NCBI GenBank assembly: GCA_965242865.1
Contig: CBDETK010000013.1
Coordinates: forward strand, 3,584,001 to 3,648,000
Direction of reading: 5' to 3'
Source of the DNA: Candidatus Latescibacterota bacterium
GTDB taxonomy: Bacteria > Latescibacterota > UBA2968 > UBA8231
DNA: 64,000 bases
The number at the start of each line of letters is the position of its first letter. The first letter of the stretch is position 1. A program made the translations under genes and the position numbers. Shown piece by piece: positions 39,147-49,274 of this stretch. Below the pieces are notes generated by a model. The model did not search any database. It was not told where the DNA came from and saw only the letters and a list, made by a program, of their open reading frames with translations.

Positions 39147-40333
39147 ACGAGCACACCCAACAGAGATCCGGCGCAAGCGATAGCCATAGTGTCGTCGAGC
39201 GGCTCGACGACACTATGGACATCATTCGGAGGGAGTACTTGCGTAAGCATCTCGACCCGTGGGTAGTGGCCTATTCTGGTGGAAAAGATTCGACCTTGCT
39301 TCTCCAACTGATATGGGAGGTGTTGGCACCGCTTCCTGCCCATTCGCGGCGGCGCAAGGTCTATATAGTAGGCAATGATACGCTAGTCGAGTCGCCGCTG
39401 GTCATCCGACATCTCAAAACTACCATATCGACGATCAGCACCGCTGCCGCCGCGAACGAACTGCCGATCGAGACGCAGATCACGAGGCCGCATATCGATC
39501 AAACTTTCTGGGTCAACGTGATTGGACGTGGCTACATTCCCCCGACACGAAATTTCCGATGGTGTACCGATCGAATGAAAATTGTCCCAACTAGCCAATT
39601 ACTCGAAAATCTTGTTCGTACGCACAAGCGTACTGTGCTATTGGTGGGAACGCGCAAGAGTGAGTCCGAGAACCGCCGCCGCAACATGGCAAAGCACGGC
39701 GTTTCGGCAACCAAGATGAATCCTCACAGTTCTGTCGAGGGGTGCCGTATCTTCGCACCGCTCGCCGAATTCAAAGACGAGGATGTGTGGCTGATCCTAA
39801 TGCAACGAAGGCCACCATGGGGAGGCTCGCATCGCGATCTAATCACTCTGTATCGGAACGCTGGTGGAGGGGAATGCCCGCTGGTACTGACCAAGGACGA
39901 TGCACCCTCATGTGGAACAACCTCACCTAGGTTCGGTTGCTGGACATGTACCGTCGTCAGTAAAGATCGGAGCTTGCGCGGCTTAATCGATTCTGGCCAC
40001 GAAGATGCAGAGGTTTTCACACGTCTCTTCGACTTCCGTGAGCGGCTGGTCCAACTCCGCGAAGACGATGCAAACCGTCAGCGCGTACGGCGAGATGGAA
40101 ACTTGAAATCCCGTGCCGACGGAACTCCTGTCATGGGACCTTTCAAACTCGATGTCCGCAAGCGTATTCTGAGTGAATTGCAGGCTTTGCAACAAGAAAT
40201 AGCACAACAGCTAATTACCGAATCAGAACTCGACGTCATCGAGGACATCTGGCGTCGAGACCAAATTCGCCAAGACTGTCGTTCGGCCCTAGACGAAGCG
40301 ATTACTCCTAATCCTGAAGGAGCTTCGGCTTGA
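39143..40333 (+). CDS. dndC: DNA phosphorothioation sulfurtransferase (PAPS-reductase fold)
   Basis: AYSGGKDST, RWCTDRMKI, GTRKSES, GECPLV, SCG...RFGCWTCTVV. Confidence 0.9.
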   Translation: MNEHTQQRSGASDSHSVVERLDDTMDIIRREYLRKHLDPWVVAYSGGKDSTLLLQLIWEVLAPLPAHSRRRKVYIVGNDTLVESPLVIRHLKTTISTISTAAAANELPIETQITRPHIDQTFWVNVIGRGYIPPTRNFRWCTDRMKIVPTSQLLENLVRTHKRTVLLVGTRKSESENRRRNMAKHGVSATKMNPHSSVEGCRIFAPLAEFKDEDVWLILMQRRPPWGGSHRDLITLYRNAGGGECPLVLTKDDAPSCGTTSPRFGCWTCTVVSKDRSLRGLIDSGHEDAEVFTRLFDFRERLVQLREDDANRQRVRRDGNLKSRADGTPVMGPFKLDVRKRILSELQALQQEIAQQLITESELDVIEDIWRRDQIRQDCRSALDEAITPNPEGASA

Positions 40334-42126
40334 CAAAGCAATCTCAGACTGTTATCGGGGCAGAAGCGATGTTGTTTTCGGATCTGTTCCAACAGGGCCG
40401 TTTCGATGTCCCGTGGCATCAGCGCTATTACGATTGGCAGCAGAGCGATGTCCATGCACTACTCCACGACATCAATGATGCGATCAAGGAAAGCCGCGAC
40501 TGCTACTTCCTAGGTGCCATCATGCTCGTAACGGTTGGACAACGACGGTGGGAGATAAACGATGGCCAACAACGAATGGTAACGATATCGTTGATTTGCG
40601 CCGCGCTTTGCCGCCGGTTCGTACATAAAGCAAAGGGTTCGCAACGGGAAGGACTCGCGTTAAGGATGCTGTTCGACCTTGATGCCCAAAGGACATGGAT
40701 CATAGACAACACAGATCGTTACACCCCTCGGATTTTTCCGGCGAAGAATGACGCTATGCCATATCGCCAAATGATTCGTGGGAACCCGATTAGGGCCAAC
40801 GGTCCACTCACTGCCGCATGGACAGAGATCGAGAGCTTCTTCTCTCCCATGAGTTACGAGGAATCAGAACGGTATTTCGACTTTCTTCTTGAGAAGCTCG
40901 AAGTAGCATGTCTGCGGGTTCCACCGCACATCGATCCGAACGCCGTATATGAGACAATCAACTGTAGAGGTAAGCAACTAGACGACTTGGACCTCATCCG
41001 CAATTATCTATATTCGCATTTTAACTCGGAAAGCGATTCCGAGAGAAAAAATTCGGTGCATGAAAATCTAGAGAAAATCCGAACAATTATTCCTAGCTCT
41101 AAGAAAGCATCCGAATACATGCGGTGCCACCTACAGTGCAAATTCGGCTTTCTACGCAAGGATCACTTCTACCGCGACGCACGGGACGCTATCCGTACCC
41201 AGAGGGACAGAAGACACGGAACGACTGAGCTTTTAGCGGATTATACGTTCAACTTGATTGAACAAATCACCTCTCCCGAGTCTTTGGAACTCTTCCGAAC
41301 GCTAGCGGCGGCGACTCCCGACCCTGACTTTATCCGCGAATTCAGAGTGGCTTCAGGCACAACTAACTCTCCTAGGAATTTGGCGGTTTTTCTTCGAGAA
41401 TTGCGCAGATATACAATTACTCAGCCCTTGATATTTGCCATGTTGACTCGGTGGGTTCAAGAATCGGATGGCCGCAAAAAGAAACGGATTGCGCGAATTG
41501 CCAATAGAAATCTGAGTCGTCTAGCGACTTTCGTCCTCAGAACAGCGTTCATTACACCCAAGTTTGAGCCGTCTCACTTTGAATCTGAGTTCTCGAACTA
41601 TGCAAAGAATATCGCAGCAGCCGACGATATTCCTGATGACGAATTCGCTAATTTCTTACAGAGTTGCGATCGGTCGGCGCATGCACATGGAGTGCTAGAC
41701 GACTCCAAATTTCTGGACGAGATGGTTGAGGCTAGAATGACCGCTCACCCGAAAATCAAGCAGCTCCTACTCGGGATCAACGGTGCCATACAGGGCGACG
41801 CACAGCTATTCATTGAACGAGATTGCAATGTGGAGCACATACTTCCAAAGTCTCCGCAGCATTGGAGTGGCTGGAGTAGCTTCAATGACGTCGATAGATC
41901 CGAATGGGTCCACCGGATCGGAAACTTGACACTAATGGGACCGGCGGACAATAGGCCCGGGGAGAAATATAACGGTAATTTCGCGAAGAAACGTGAGAGC
42001 TATCAAGACAGTAGTATCATGCTTACACGTAGCCTAAGCCAATATGATGACTGGAGTCCGGCTAATATCGAAATCAGGCAGCGAGAAATGGCAAAACTGG
42101 CAGTTCGTGTATGGAAGTTTGTTTGA
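40330..42126 (+). CDS. DUF262-DUF1524 (GmrSD/SspE-like) nuclease
   Basis: QRYYDW, DGQQR, ETINCRG; HNH-type VEHILP...IGNLTL...N. Confidence 0.88.
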   Translation: MTKQSQTVIGAEAMLFSDLFQQGRFDVPWHQRYYDWQQSDVHALLHDINDAIKESRDCYFLGAIMLVTVGQRRWEINDGQQRMVTISLICAALCRRFVHKAKGSQREGLALRMLFDLDAQRTWIIDNTDRYTPRIFPAKNDAMPYRQMIRGNPIRANGPLTAAWTEIESFFSPMSYEESERYFDFLLEKLEVACLRVPPHIDPNAVYETINCRGKQLDDLDLIRNYLYSHFNSESDSERKNSVHENLEKIRTIIPSSKKASEYMRCHLQCKFGFLRKDHFYRDARDAIRTQRDRRHGTTELLADYTFNLIEQITSPESLELFRTLAAATPDPDFIREFRVASGTTNSPRNLAVFLRELRRYTITQPLIFAMLTRWVQESDGRKKKRIARIANRNLSRLATFVLRTAFITPKFEPSHFESEFSNYAKNIAAADDIPDDEFANFLQSCDRSAHAHGVLDDSKFLDEMVEARMTAHPKIKQLLLGINGAIQGDAQLFIERDCNVEHILPKSPQHWSGWSSFNDVDRSEWVHRIGNLTLMGPADNRPGEKYNGNFAKKRESYQDSSIMLTRSLSQYDDWSPANIEIRQREMAKLAVRVWKFV

Positions 42127-43526
42127 CGTCTGACTTGCGATACCTTCGCCGTTTCGCAGAAAGCCAACTCGGCGTTCCCGCGACGCTCCACAATTACCAG
42201 TGGGAGGGTATCGCGTTTTTGTATCGATCTCGCTCTGCCCTCCTCGCTGACGAGATGGGGCTGGGGAAAACTGTCCAGACTGCGGTAGCACTAGCACTTC
42301 TCTTGAACGGACAGAGCGAGGTACGCCGGGCCTTGATCGTCGCACCCGCATCGCTGACGACGAACTGGATGATGGAGATCTCGACTTGGGCACCATCAGT
42401 GGCGACGCGGCGCGTACAGGGTACTGTACGCGACCGTAAAGCGTTTTACCTACTGCCAATCCCTGTCCTCGTGAGTTCTTACGAGCAAATTCGATTCGAT
42501 GGCTTGGACCGGATTCCCTCGGATACCTTCGATCTCGTGATTCTTGATGAGGCCCAACGAATCAAAAACAGGGATTCCACTACTGCATTAGCCTGCCGGC
42601 TCCTGCCGCGCAAACGTGCTTGGGCGTTGTCTGCTACACCTCTCGAAAACGACGAAAATGATATTGTATCTATTCTCCGTTTCCTCGACCCGTCGGTTGG
42701 ACGAGAGCTTTCTAAATCGTACTTGGTCAAAAAATTGGAGTCGATGATGCTTCGCCGGCGAAAGTCTGGCGTTCGTACTGAACTGCCGCCAGTTATATTC
42801 CAAGACTTGAAAATCGAACTCTCAGTACCGCAGAGAACAAGGTACGACGAACTATGGGTAAATCGCACCCAGACCATCATTAAAAACTCATCTGACGGAG
42901 ATCGCAGCACCGCGTTGCTTGGGCTCATCACACGACTGAAGATTATCTGTAATTTCGATGCACCCGCGAACGCCTCGTCAAAATTGGACGCTCTGAAGAC
43001 GATTAGCGAAGGGGTCGGAAATTCTGCTCGCATTCTTGTATTCTCGCAGTTCGTCGAAACTCTACGATGGATTTCGGATAGGATTGAACTTCCGCACGAC
43101 CTCTTGACAGGATCAATGTCGCTTGCCGAGAGGCAGATTGCCATAAACCGGTTTAGGACCGGGGCTACGCCTCGGGGACTTATGGTATCTCTTCGGGCAG
43201 GAGGCGTGGGCTTGAACTTGGGAGAGGCGACGCACGTCGTGCTCTTCGACAGGTGGTGGAATCCCGCAGTCGAGGTCCAAGCGATCTATCGAGCTCATCG
43301 CTTTGACCGAGAGGAGCCATTACACGTTATTCGTTTCCTCGTAGCCGATTCGATCGAGGAGCGCATCGAAACGATACTTGAACAAAAGAAATGTCTGTTC
43401 GATGAAGTAATCGAATCCGCGGAAACACCTACTCATCGCTTCACAAAGGAGGAACTGATGCAGATTTTGGAACTTACAACCGGAGACATCTTTCTGGCGC
43501 ACACACACAAAAAAGAGGAGATCTAA
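42111..43526 (+). CDS. Stand-alone SNF2-family helicase/ATPase
   Basis: LADEMGLGKT, DEAQRIKN, SATPLEN, AGGVGLNL, WWNPAVEVQA. Confidence 0.92.
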   Translation: MEVCLTSDLRYLRRFAESQLGVPATLHNYQWEGIAFLYRSRSALLADEMGLGKTVQTAVALALLLNGQSEVRRALIVAPASLTTNWMMEISTWAPSVATRRVQGTVRDRKAFYLLPIPVLVSSYEQIRFDGLDRIPSDTFDLVILDEAQRIKNRDSTTALACRLLPRKRAWALSATPLENDENDIVSILRFLDPSVGRELSKSYLVKKLESMMLRRRKSGVRTELPPVIFQDLKIELSVPQRTRYDELWVNRTQTIIKNSSDGDRSTALLGLITRLKIICNFDAPANASSKLDALKTISEGVGNSARILVFSQFVETLRWISDRIELPHDLLTGSMSLAERQIAINRFRTGATPRGLMVSLRAGGVGLNLGEATHVVLFDRWWNPAVEVQAIYRAHRFDREEPLHVIRFLVADSIEERIETILEQKKCLFDEVIESAETPTHRFTKEELMQILELTTGDIFLAHTHKKEEI

Positions 43527-43530
43527 AGTC

Positions 43531-44355
43531 ATGGCAAAGATCGTTGAGTATAAAGATATTCCGCTCGATAACCTGACCATTGGAAAAGGGCAGGCACGGG
43601 TCCAAGACGTCGGCAAGGAAATTGAAGACTTGGCCGAAAGCATCAAAGTGCAAGGACTGCTACAGCCGATTGTAGTCTGTCCAGCGAGGGATGCGGGTAA
43701 GTGGGAGATTCTCACAGGCCAGCGGCGGTTCTTGGCACATAAGGATCTGAGCCGGGAAAGCATCACGGCAGCCATTCTTGACGAACGAGTTGAAGAGCAC
43801 GAAGCCAAGGCCATCTCGATTACCGAGAATCTTATTCGGCGAAAGCTCTCCGGAAAAGATCTTATCGACGGAGTCACTTACCTGTACAACGCCTATGGAG
43901 GAAATGCAAAGGCTGTAACGGAAGCTACGGGCTTGTCCTACAAAAACGTGCGGGATTACGTGAAGTACCCGCGGTTGGCATCCAAGTTGAAAGAGATGGT
44001 TGATGAAGGGCAAATCGGTGTCAATGTCGCCCTAAAGGCGCAAGATGCTGCCACTAAGGACGACGGAGAGACAGACATTGATGTCGCTACTAAATTAGCC
44101 CAAGAAATGGAACAAATGACGGGCCCCCAACGCACAAAATTTTCTGAGGAATTTAAGAAAAACCCTGCCAAACCAATTGACGACAAAATTGAGGATGCGA
44201 GAACTGGGGCTAGAGTAACGCAGGTAACGGTGACCCACGACACACACAGGGCTATCCGAAGGTTTGCACAAGAAGAAGGTACCAACCAAGACGAGGCGAT
44301 TTCTGCCCTCATCGAAGAAGCACTGATTGGGCGCGGCCTCTTAGAGGAGGAGTAG
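43531..44355 (+). CDS. ParB/Spo0J-family protein
   Basis: LAESIKVQGLLQPIVV, TGQRRFLA, ENLIR, followed by an HTH. Confidence 0.88.
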   Translation: MAKIVEYKDIPLDNLTIGKGQARVQDVGKEIEDLAESIKVQGLLQPIVVCPARDAGKWEILTGQRRFLAHKDLSRESITAAILDERVEEHEAKAISITENLIRRKLSGKDLIDGVTYLYNAYGGNAKAVTEATGLSYKNVRDYVKYPRLASKLKEMVDEGQIGVNVALKAQDAATKDDGETDIDVATKLAQEMEQMTGPQRTKFSEEFKKNPAKPIDDKIEDARTGARVTQVTVTHDTHRAIRRFAQEEGTNQDEAISALIEEALIGRGLLEEE

Positions 44356-44360
44356 AGTCG

Positions 44361-45083
44361 ATGCTGGCCGGGTTGAGCACCTTGGAACTTGCACGCCTTC
44401 GGATGTCCGTGGGTTACGGGACACACAAGAAGGGGCGCCCGTACTCTCCCATAGAGGTGGGATCACTTTTCCGCAAAGCTCGCGACTCAGGTGCATCTCT
44501 CAGGGACTGTGCAACCGAGGCCCGCATCGACGGAACAGGCGTCGGTCGTTTTTTACGAATTCTCGACCTACCGCACGATCTTCGACATCTAGTTGATTGG
44601 GGATCTGGCAAGGACGCTATCGGCTTTTCGTCCGCTATTGAGTTGGTACGGCTTCAGGATCTTGACGATCAGCGTATCGTCGCTAGTTCGATCCTCGCAG
44701 ATGGCCTCAATGGAAAAGAGGTCCGACAGGTCGTACAACTTAGAATGCGTTCGGAGCGTCCTATTTGCACATGCCTAAAGGAAATCTTAGGTATGCGTCC
44801 AGTAATCGAAAGACGCTACGTCTTCATCGGTTCGGTTGTTGATCAGAATGTCGAGGACGCTCTCATAGAACTCACGCAGACGGAGAGAGATTCGATTCTT
44901 GAGTCGGGTATCAAACTTCTCAACATCCGAGGAGCGTCTGGTCGGCTCGGAAAGCGATTCTTCACACTAGTCGGAAACGAGGGCTTTGATGCGTCAATGA
45001 AGAGCATTGGCAAGGAGAGCATTGAGGCGCGGCTTCGAACCCACATCTCGGAGACTGTTGAGAATGCCCGACCCCATTGTTGA
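44361..45083 (+). CDS. Hypothetical protein (possible HTH, ParB C-terminal-like)
   Basis: RBS GAGGAG. SPIEVG...CATEARIDGTGVGRFLRILDLP helix-turn-helix-like segment. Confidence 0.6.
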   Translation: MLAGLSTLELARLRMSVGYGTHKKGRPYSPIEVGSLFRKARDSGASLRDCATEARIDGTGVGRFLRILDLPHDLRHLVDWGSGKDAIGFSSAIELVRLQDLDDQRIVASSILADGLNGKEVRQVVQLRMRSERPICTCLKEILGMRPVIERRYVFIGSVVDQNVEDALIELTQTERDSILESGIKLLNIRGASGRLGKRFFTLVGNEGFDASMKSIGKESIEARLRTHISETVENARPHC

Positions 45084-46095
45084 CGTTCTTGAGAGTGGTG
45101 CCGTCTGCCTCGGGTCAAAAGTAGTGTGTGATGGTTTCGCCGAAGGATACCCTTTCCGCGTCCAGACACATATCCACGATGACCACATGGGCGAGTTCGA
45201 CAAGAGCAAGGGCTTTCAGGATTTTCTGATGAGTCCAGAAACGTATGCACTTCTGGTAGAGGAACGCAATGCAGACCTTGAGTTCCGTGACAATATTCAC
45301 CGAGTAAATCGAGGCGACGAGCGTGTGCTCGACGACGGCTCGAAGCTATCCCTTCTTCCCTCCAACCACATGCTCGGCTCATGTCAAGTCGCACTGGAAT
45401 TACCCGACGGCCTCCGAGTCGGCTATTCAAGTGACTTCGGCTGGCCCCTCAATGAGGTTATTCAAGTCGACGAGCTCGTTGTGGACAGCACCTATGGGAG
45501 TCCCAGAAGCGTACGCCGCTACACCCAAGCGGAAGCGGAGGAGTGTCTGTTAAACCTCGTATGCGAGCGATTGCGACATGGTTCTGTGCATGTCAAAGCT
45601 CACAGAGGAACTATCGAGCGCGTGTTGCATGTACTCGGGGTCAACGTAGGGGTTCCGATTTTGGCCAGCGAACGACTCATTGGGGAAGTGAAGGTCTATC
45701 AGAATCACGGATCCGCTATCGGGGACCTATACGCACTCGACTCGGACGCAGGTCAATCTGCCATGAGGGAACGAGCCTATATTCGACTGTATTCAAAGGG
45801 AGATGGTTTAGGCAACGAACCAATCGGCGAAACGAGCGTCACATGCAGCGCGTACATGGCCAATGCCGATGATCCGCTGGTGACATATTCTGATCGGGCT
45901 TATAGGGTGGCGTTATCTAATCATGCGGACTTCAATGAAACGCTTGAGTACGTTAAGGCGACGAGGGCCAAGAAAATTGTCACGGATAACACACGAAACC
46001 ACGGAGTGGATTTGGCCACCGCCATCAATGAGCGTCTCCCGGGCGTACAGGCTCATCCATCAACGAATAACCCCGGACATAATCCATATCGTTGA
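45064..46095 (+). CDS. Metallo-beta-lactamase-fold (beta-CASP-like) nuclease
   Basis: THIHDDH, NHMLGS, YSSDF, VDSTYG, SNHADF. Confidence 0.8.
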   Translation: MPDPIVDVLESGAVCLGSKVVCDGFAEGYPFRVQTHIHDDHMGEFDKSKGFQDFLMSPETYALLVEERNADLEFRDNIHRVNRGDERVLDDGSKLSLLPSNHMLGSCQVALELPDGLRVGYSSDFGWPLNEVIQVDELVVDSTYGSPRSVRRYTQAEAEECLLNLVCERLRHGSVHVKAHRGTIERVLHVLGVNVGVPILASERLIGEVKVYQNHGSAIGDLYALDSDAGQSAMRERAYIRLYSKGDGLGNEPIGETSVTCSAYMANADDPLVTYSDRAYRVALSNHADFNETLEYVKATRAKKIVTDNTRNHGVDLATAINERLPGVQAHPSTNNPGHNPYR

Positions 46096-46177
46096 AGACC
46101 GAAGGTAATTAAGACGCGGACATGGCCTACAGCAATTCACATGGCCCGTCTATGTACCTTCCTCAAAGGAGCGATGC

Positions 46178-49126
46178 CTAGTCCGCATCCGCCGGTCCTA
46201 CGGCGGCCTCATGGTGCTCTCTGAGCAGTTCGTCAAGGGCCTTGGAGGTATCCAAGTAATTGGACCATTCGTACGGCGTGATGCCAAAGCGCAGATCCCC
46301 TACCAATGGGTTCGCGCCCCGCGCCAAGAGCAGGCGAGCCATCGCTAGCTGATCGGCCATGACGGTTTTGTGCAGCGGCGTACTGCCGCGATCGTACCGG
46401 CTAAACCCACCGGCCAACCCGTTAATATCCGCGCCGCGATCCAACAAAAACTCCGCCGCTTCCAACGCGCCACTATAAGCCGCAAAATTGAGTGCTTCCA
46501 CCATAATCTGATCGGCGGTGAGCACGGTGTCCGGGTCCGGGTGGTAGAGGTGTCCGGTTCCTTCTTTCAACTTGTCCTCTGGGTCGAAGAACTCGGCCAT
46601 CAGGTCAATGCGGTTGACGCCCGCGGCAAAGCGCAAATCCACGGTCGCTCCCTCGGCTACCAACATGTGCGCCAAATCTAGGTCCCTCTCCCTAAGCGCG
46701 TTCCATAACATTCGGCCCCGGTTGCGGTTCACATCCACGCCGTTGGACACTAGGAGCTGGATCATTTCGGGCTTGCTCTCGGCCCATTCGAGCTGATCGC
46801 TTTCTACGAACAGATCCAGCACGGCGACCGAGTCGTACGTGGCGGCGTTGGGGTCGGCTCCTGCTGCGAGTAACGCCGCGGCGAGTTCAACCGCGTTTGC
46901 CGGCAACGGCACTCGCTGTGGCTCGCCGGCTAGGTGGTGCAAGAGCGTGGCCCCGCGAAAGTGCGGGTATTCGTAATACTCGTCGAAATAGCCGCGGGCT
47001 GTCGTTAGCTTGGGGTGTTCTGCCAGCAACTTTTGCAGGGCCTCGGCGTCGCCGGCATCAATGGCTGCTACCGCCTCGTAATAGGCGTTGTAGTTGGCAT
47101 CGCCGCGGTCTCGGCCTTGGGGCGGCAGTCTTTCTCCCTCGCGGGGAATGGCCAAGGCGACCAATTCGGGCGGACGCCTTCGGTTGCCCAGCGGCACGAC
47201 CACGAACTGACGACCGCCAGCCGTGTAGCTCATCGGCGCACCGTAGGCGTTGCTAGGCAATTCGACGCGGCCAATCTGTTCGCCGGACGCCAAATCGTAT
47301 CCCCGCAGTGACGCATCGCGATCGACGAAGTAATCCTCGCCCGCGTCGGCTAGGCCGTGGGGGTCTTCGGAAGTGGCCAACAGAAGGTTCGGCGTGGCCA
47401 AGACGAAGGTGCGGTTGGCCCAGCCCATATACGGCAGGTCGAGGTCCTTGAGAGCCGGATGATCGACCGGACCTTTGCCCACCGTCGTCCGCCAGATATG
47501 CTCGCCGCTGTTGAGGTCAATCGCCGTGATGCTGCCGTAGGGCGGCTTGACCAGCGGCAGACCCCGAGGGCCAGCGACATACTCGTCAACGCGAGCAGAA
47601 AACGCCGAGTGTGCTTCTGGGTTCTCTACCGGGCGCAACTCCACGGTGGTGATGGCCTTATGCGACGGCACGTACAGGACGCCGGTGCGCGGATCGGCCG
47701 CACCGCCCGCCCAGTCCGCACCACCCCTTTGACCGGGGACTGACAAGACGCCCTTCTCGGTCGGCGGCGTGTAGAGCGGACCGTAGTCATACTCAGCGAG
47801 AATGGCCTTAGCCTCCTCCCGCAACTCCGGCGTGAAGTCAATCAGATCGTCCTCGCTGATGCCTTGATGTTCAAAGGCCGCCGGTTTGGTCGGAAAGGGC
47901 TGCGTCGGCGCGGTCTGTTCGCTTGGCACCTGCGACTGCGGCACCGGCTTTTCGACAATCGGCCAAATCGGTTCGCCGGTGACGCGGTCAAAGACGAAGC
48001 AGAAAGCCTGTTTAGTCAGTTGGACGACGACCTTGCGCGCTTGACCATCGACGACCACGTCCAACAGAAGGGGCGCAGCCGGCGGGTCGTAATCCCACAG
48101 GCCGTGGTGAACCAACTGATAGTGCCACACCCGCTCGCCGGTCGCGGCCTTGAGACAGACCACCGACTCGCTGAATAGGTTGTCGCCGGGGCGCTCGCCG
48201 CCGTAGTAGTCGTGGCTGGCCGTGCTCACCGGCAGGTAGAAGTAGCCCAATTCCTCGTCGGCGGTCATCGTCGCCCATACATTGGCCGCACCGTATTTCT
48301 TCCACGCCTCGTTTTCCCACGTTTCGTTGCCGTATTCGCCCTCTAACGGAATCGTGTGAAACTCCCACACCTTCGCGCCGGTCCGCACGTCAAACGCTTG
48401 CACATCGCCGGGAGGCGTGTACTCGGCCGGCGGCCGACCACGCACATCTAAGATCGCCGAGCCAACAGCCACCACATCGCGACACACCACGGGCGGTGCC
48501 GTAACTCCGTAGCCTCTGCGCTCTCTTTCGCCCAGCGGCCGACGCAGCAAGGCACCCAAATCGACGCGCCCGCCCTCGCCAAAATTCGGATCTGGGACGC
48601 CGGTCTTGGCGTCGATGGAATACAGATGGGCGGTCGAAGTGGCCAGAAACACCCGCTCAACCTCGCCATCGGTCCAATAGCTCACCCCGCGCGAATTGCC
48701 CAAGAAAAAGGAACCAGCCTTCCAAGCCTCTGGGTCGAAAGCCCATAGCTCCTCGCCACTTTGGCCGTCAATGGCCGAGAGGATGTTGAAGGGCGAGCCA
48801 TAGTAGAGCACGCCGTTCACGGCCAGCGGCGTGGCGCGGTGATTGTCGAAACGGAGGCGGGAACGACCGCGCCGCCGACCACCCCGGCCCCGATCCCGGC
48901 TTCGGCTAGCATTGGCCGCCTCATAGATCTGCTGATCGCGGGGGCGATAACGCCAGATTACGCGCAACTGATCGAAGTTGTCGCGATTGATCTGATCGGC
49001 CGGAGTGTAGCGGGTGCCGCCTCGGTCAGCAGCGTAGTACGGCCAATCAACCTCACCGGCAAACGCCGCGAGTGCGAACGACAGCGACAACAAGATCGAC
49101 GAGGTCCTACAGGCGCGTTTATTCAT
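46178..49126 (-). CDS. PQQ-dependent (glucose/quinate-type) dehydrogenase fused to ankyrin repeats
   Basis: RYTPADQIN, HHGLWDYD, PPYGSITAIDL; C-terminal GADPNA, GADIN, TPLHK, GANP. Confidence 0.85.
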   Translation of the reverse strand: MNKRACRTSSILLSLSFALAAFAGEVDWPYYAADRGGTRYTPADQINRDNFDQLRVIWRYRPRDQQIYEAANASRSRDRGRGGRRRGRSRLRFDNHRATPLAVNGVLYYGSPFNILSAIDGQSGEELWAFDPEAWKAGSFFLGNSRGVSYWTDGEVERVFLATSTAHLYSIDAKTGVPDPNFGEGGRVDLGALLRRPLGERERRGYGVTAPPVVCRDVVAVGSAILDVRGRPPAEYTPPGDVQAFDVRTGAKVWEFHTIPLEGEYGNETWENEAWKKYGAANVWATMTADEELGYFYLPVSTASHDYYGGERPGDNLFSESVVCLKAATGERVWHYQLVHHGLWDYDPPAAPLLLDVVVDGQARKVVVQLTKQAFCFVFDRVTGEPIWPIVEKPVPQSQVPSEQTAPTQPFPTKPAAFEHQGISEDDLIDFTPELREEAKAILAEYDYGPLYTPPTEKGVLSVPGQRGGADWAGGAADPRTGVLYVPSHKAITTVELRPVENPEAHSAFSARVDEYVAGPRGLPLVKPPYGSITAIDLNSGEHIWRTTVGKGPVDHPALKDLDLPYMGWANRTFVLATPNLLLATSEDPHGLADAGEDYFVDRDASLRGYDLASGEQIGRVELPSNAYGAPMSYTAGGRQFVVVPLGNRRRPPELVALAIPREGERLPPQGRDRGDANYNAYYEAVAAIDAGDAEALQKLLAEHPKLTTARGYFDEYYEYPHFRGATLLHHLAGEPQRVPLPANAVELAAALLAAGADPNAATYDSVAVLDLFVESDQLEWAESKPEMIQLLVSNGVDVNRNRGRMLWNALRERDLDLAHMLVAEGATVDLRFAAGVNRIDLMAEFFDPEDKLKEGTGHLYHPDPDTVLTADQIMVEALNFAAYSGALEAAEFLLDRGADINGLAGGFSRYDRGSTPLHKTVMADQLAMARLLLARGANPLVGDLRFGITPYEWSNYLDTSKALDELLREHHEAAVGPADAD

Positions 49127-49274
49127 CGGATTTTCCTTTTCCGTGCTGGGTGCCGCTTCAAGGCTTCGCGCAGTTACCGTAGGGCGTGAGGCGTCTCGCC
49201 CCAGCGCACGGTGCCGATCAAGGAGCCGCGCTCCGACGGTCAAGTAGCGGCATCCTAGCGGGTGCCCGCCTTCT

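Noticed and set aside
43531-44355. Plasmid/prophage partition locus
   Set aside because: No parA, rep, integrase or phage genes, and no parS array seen.
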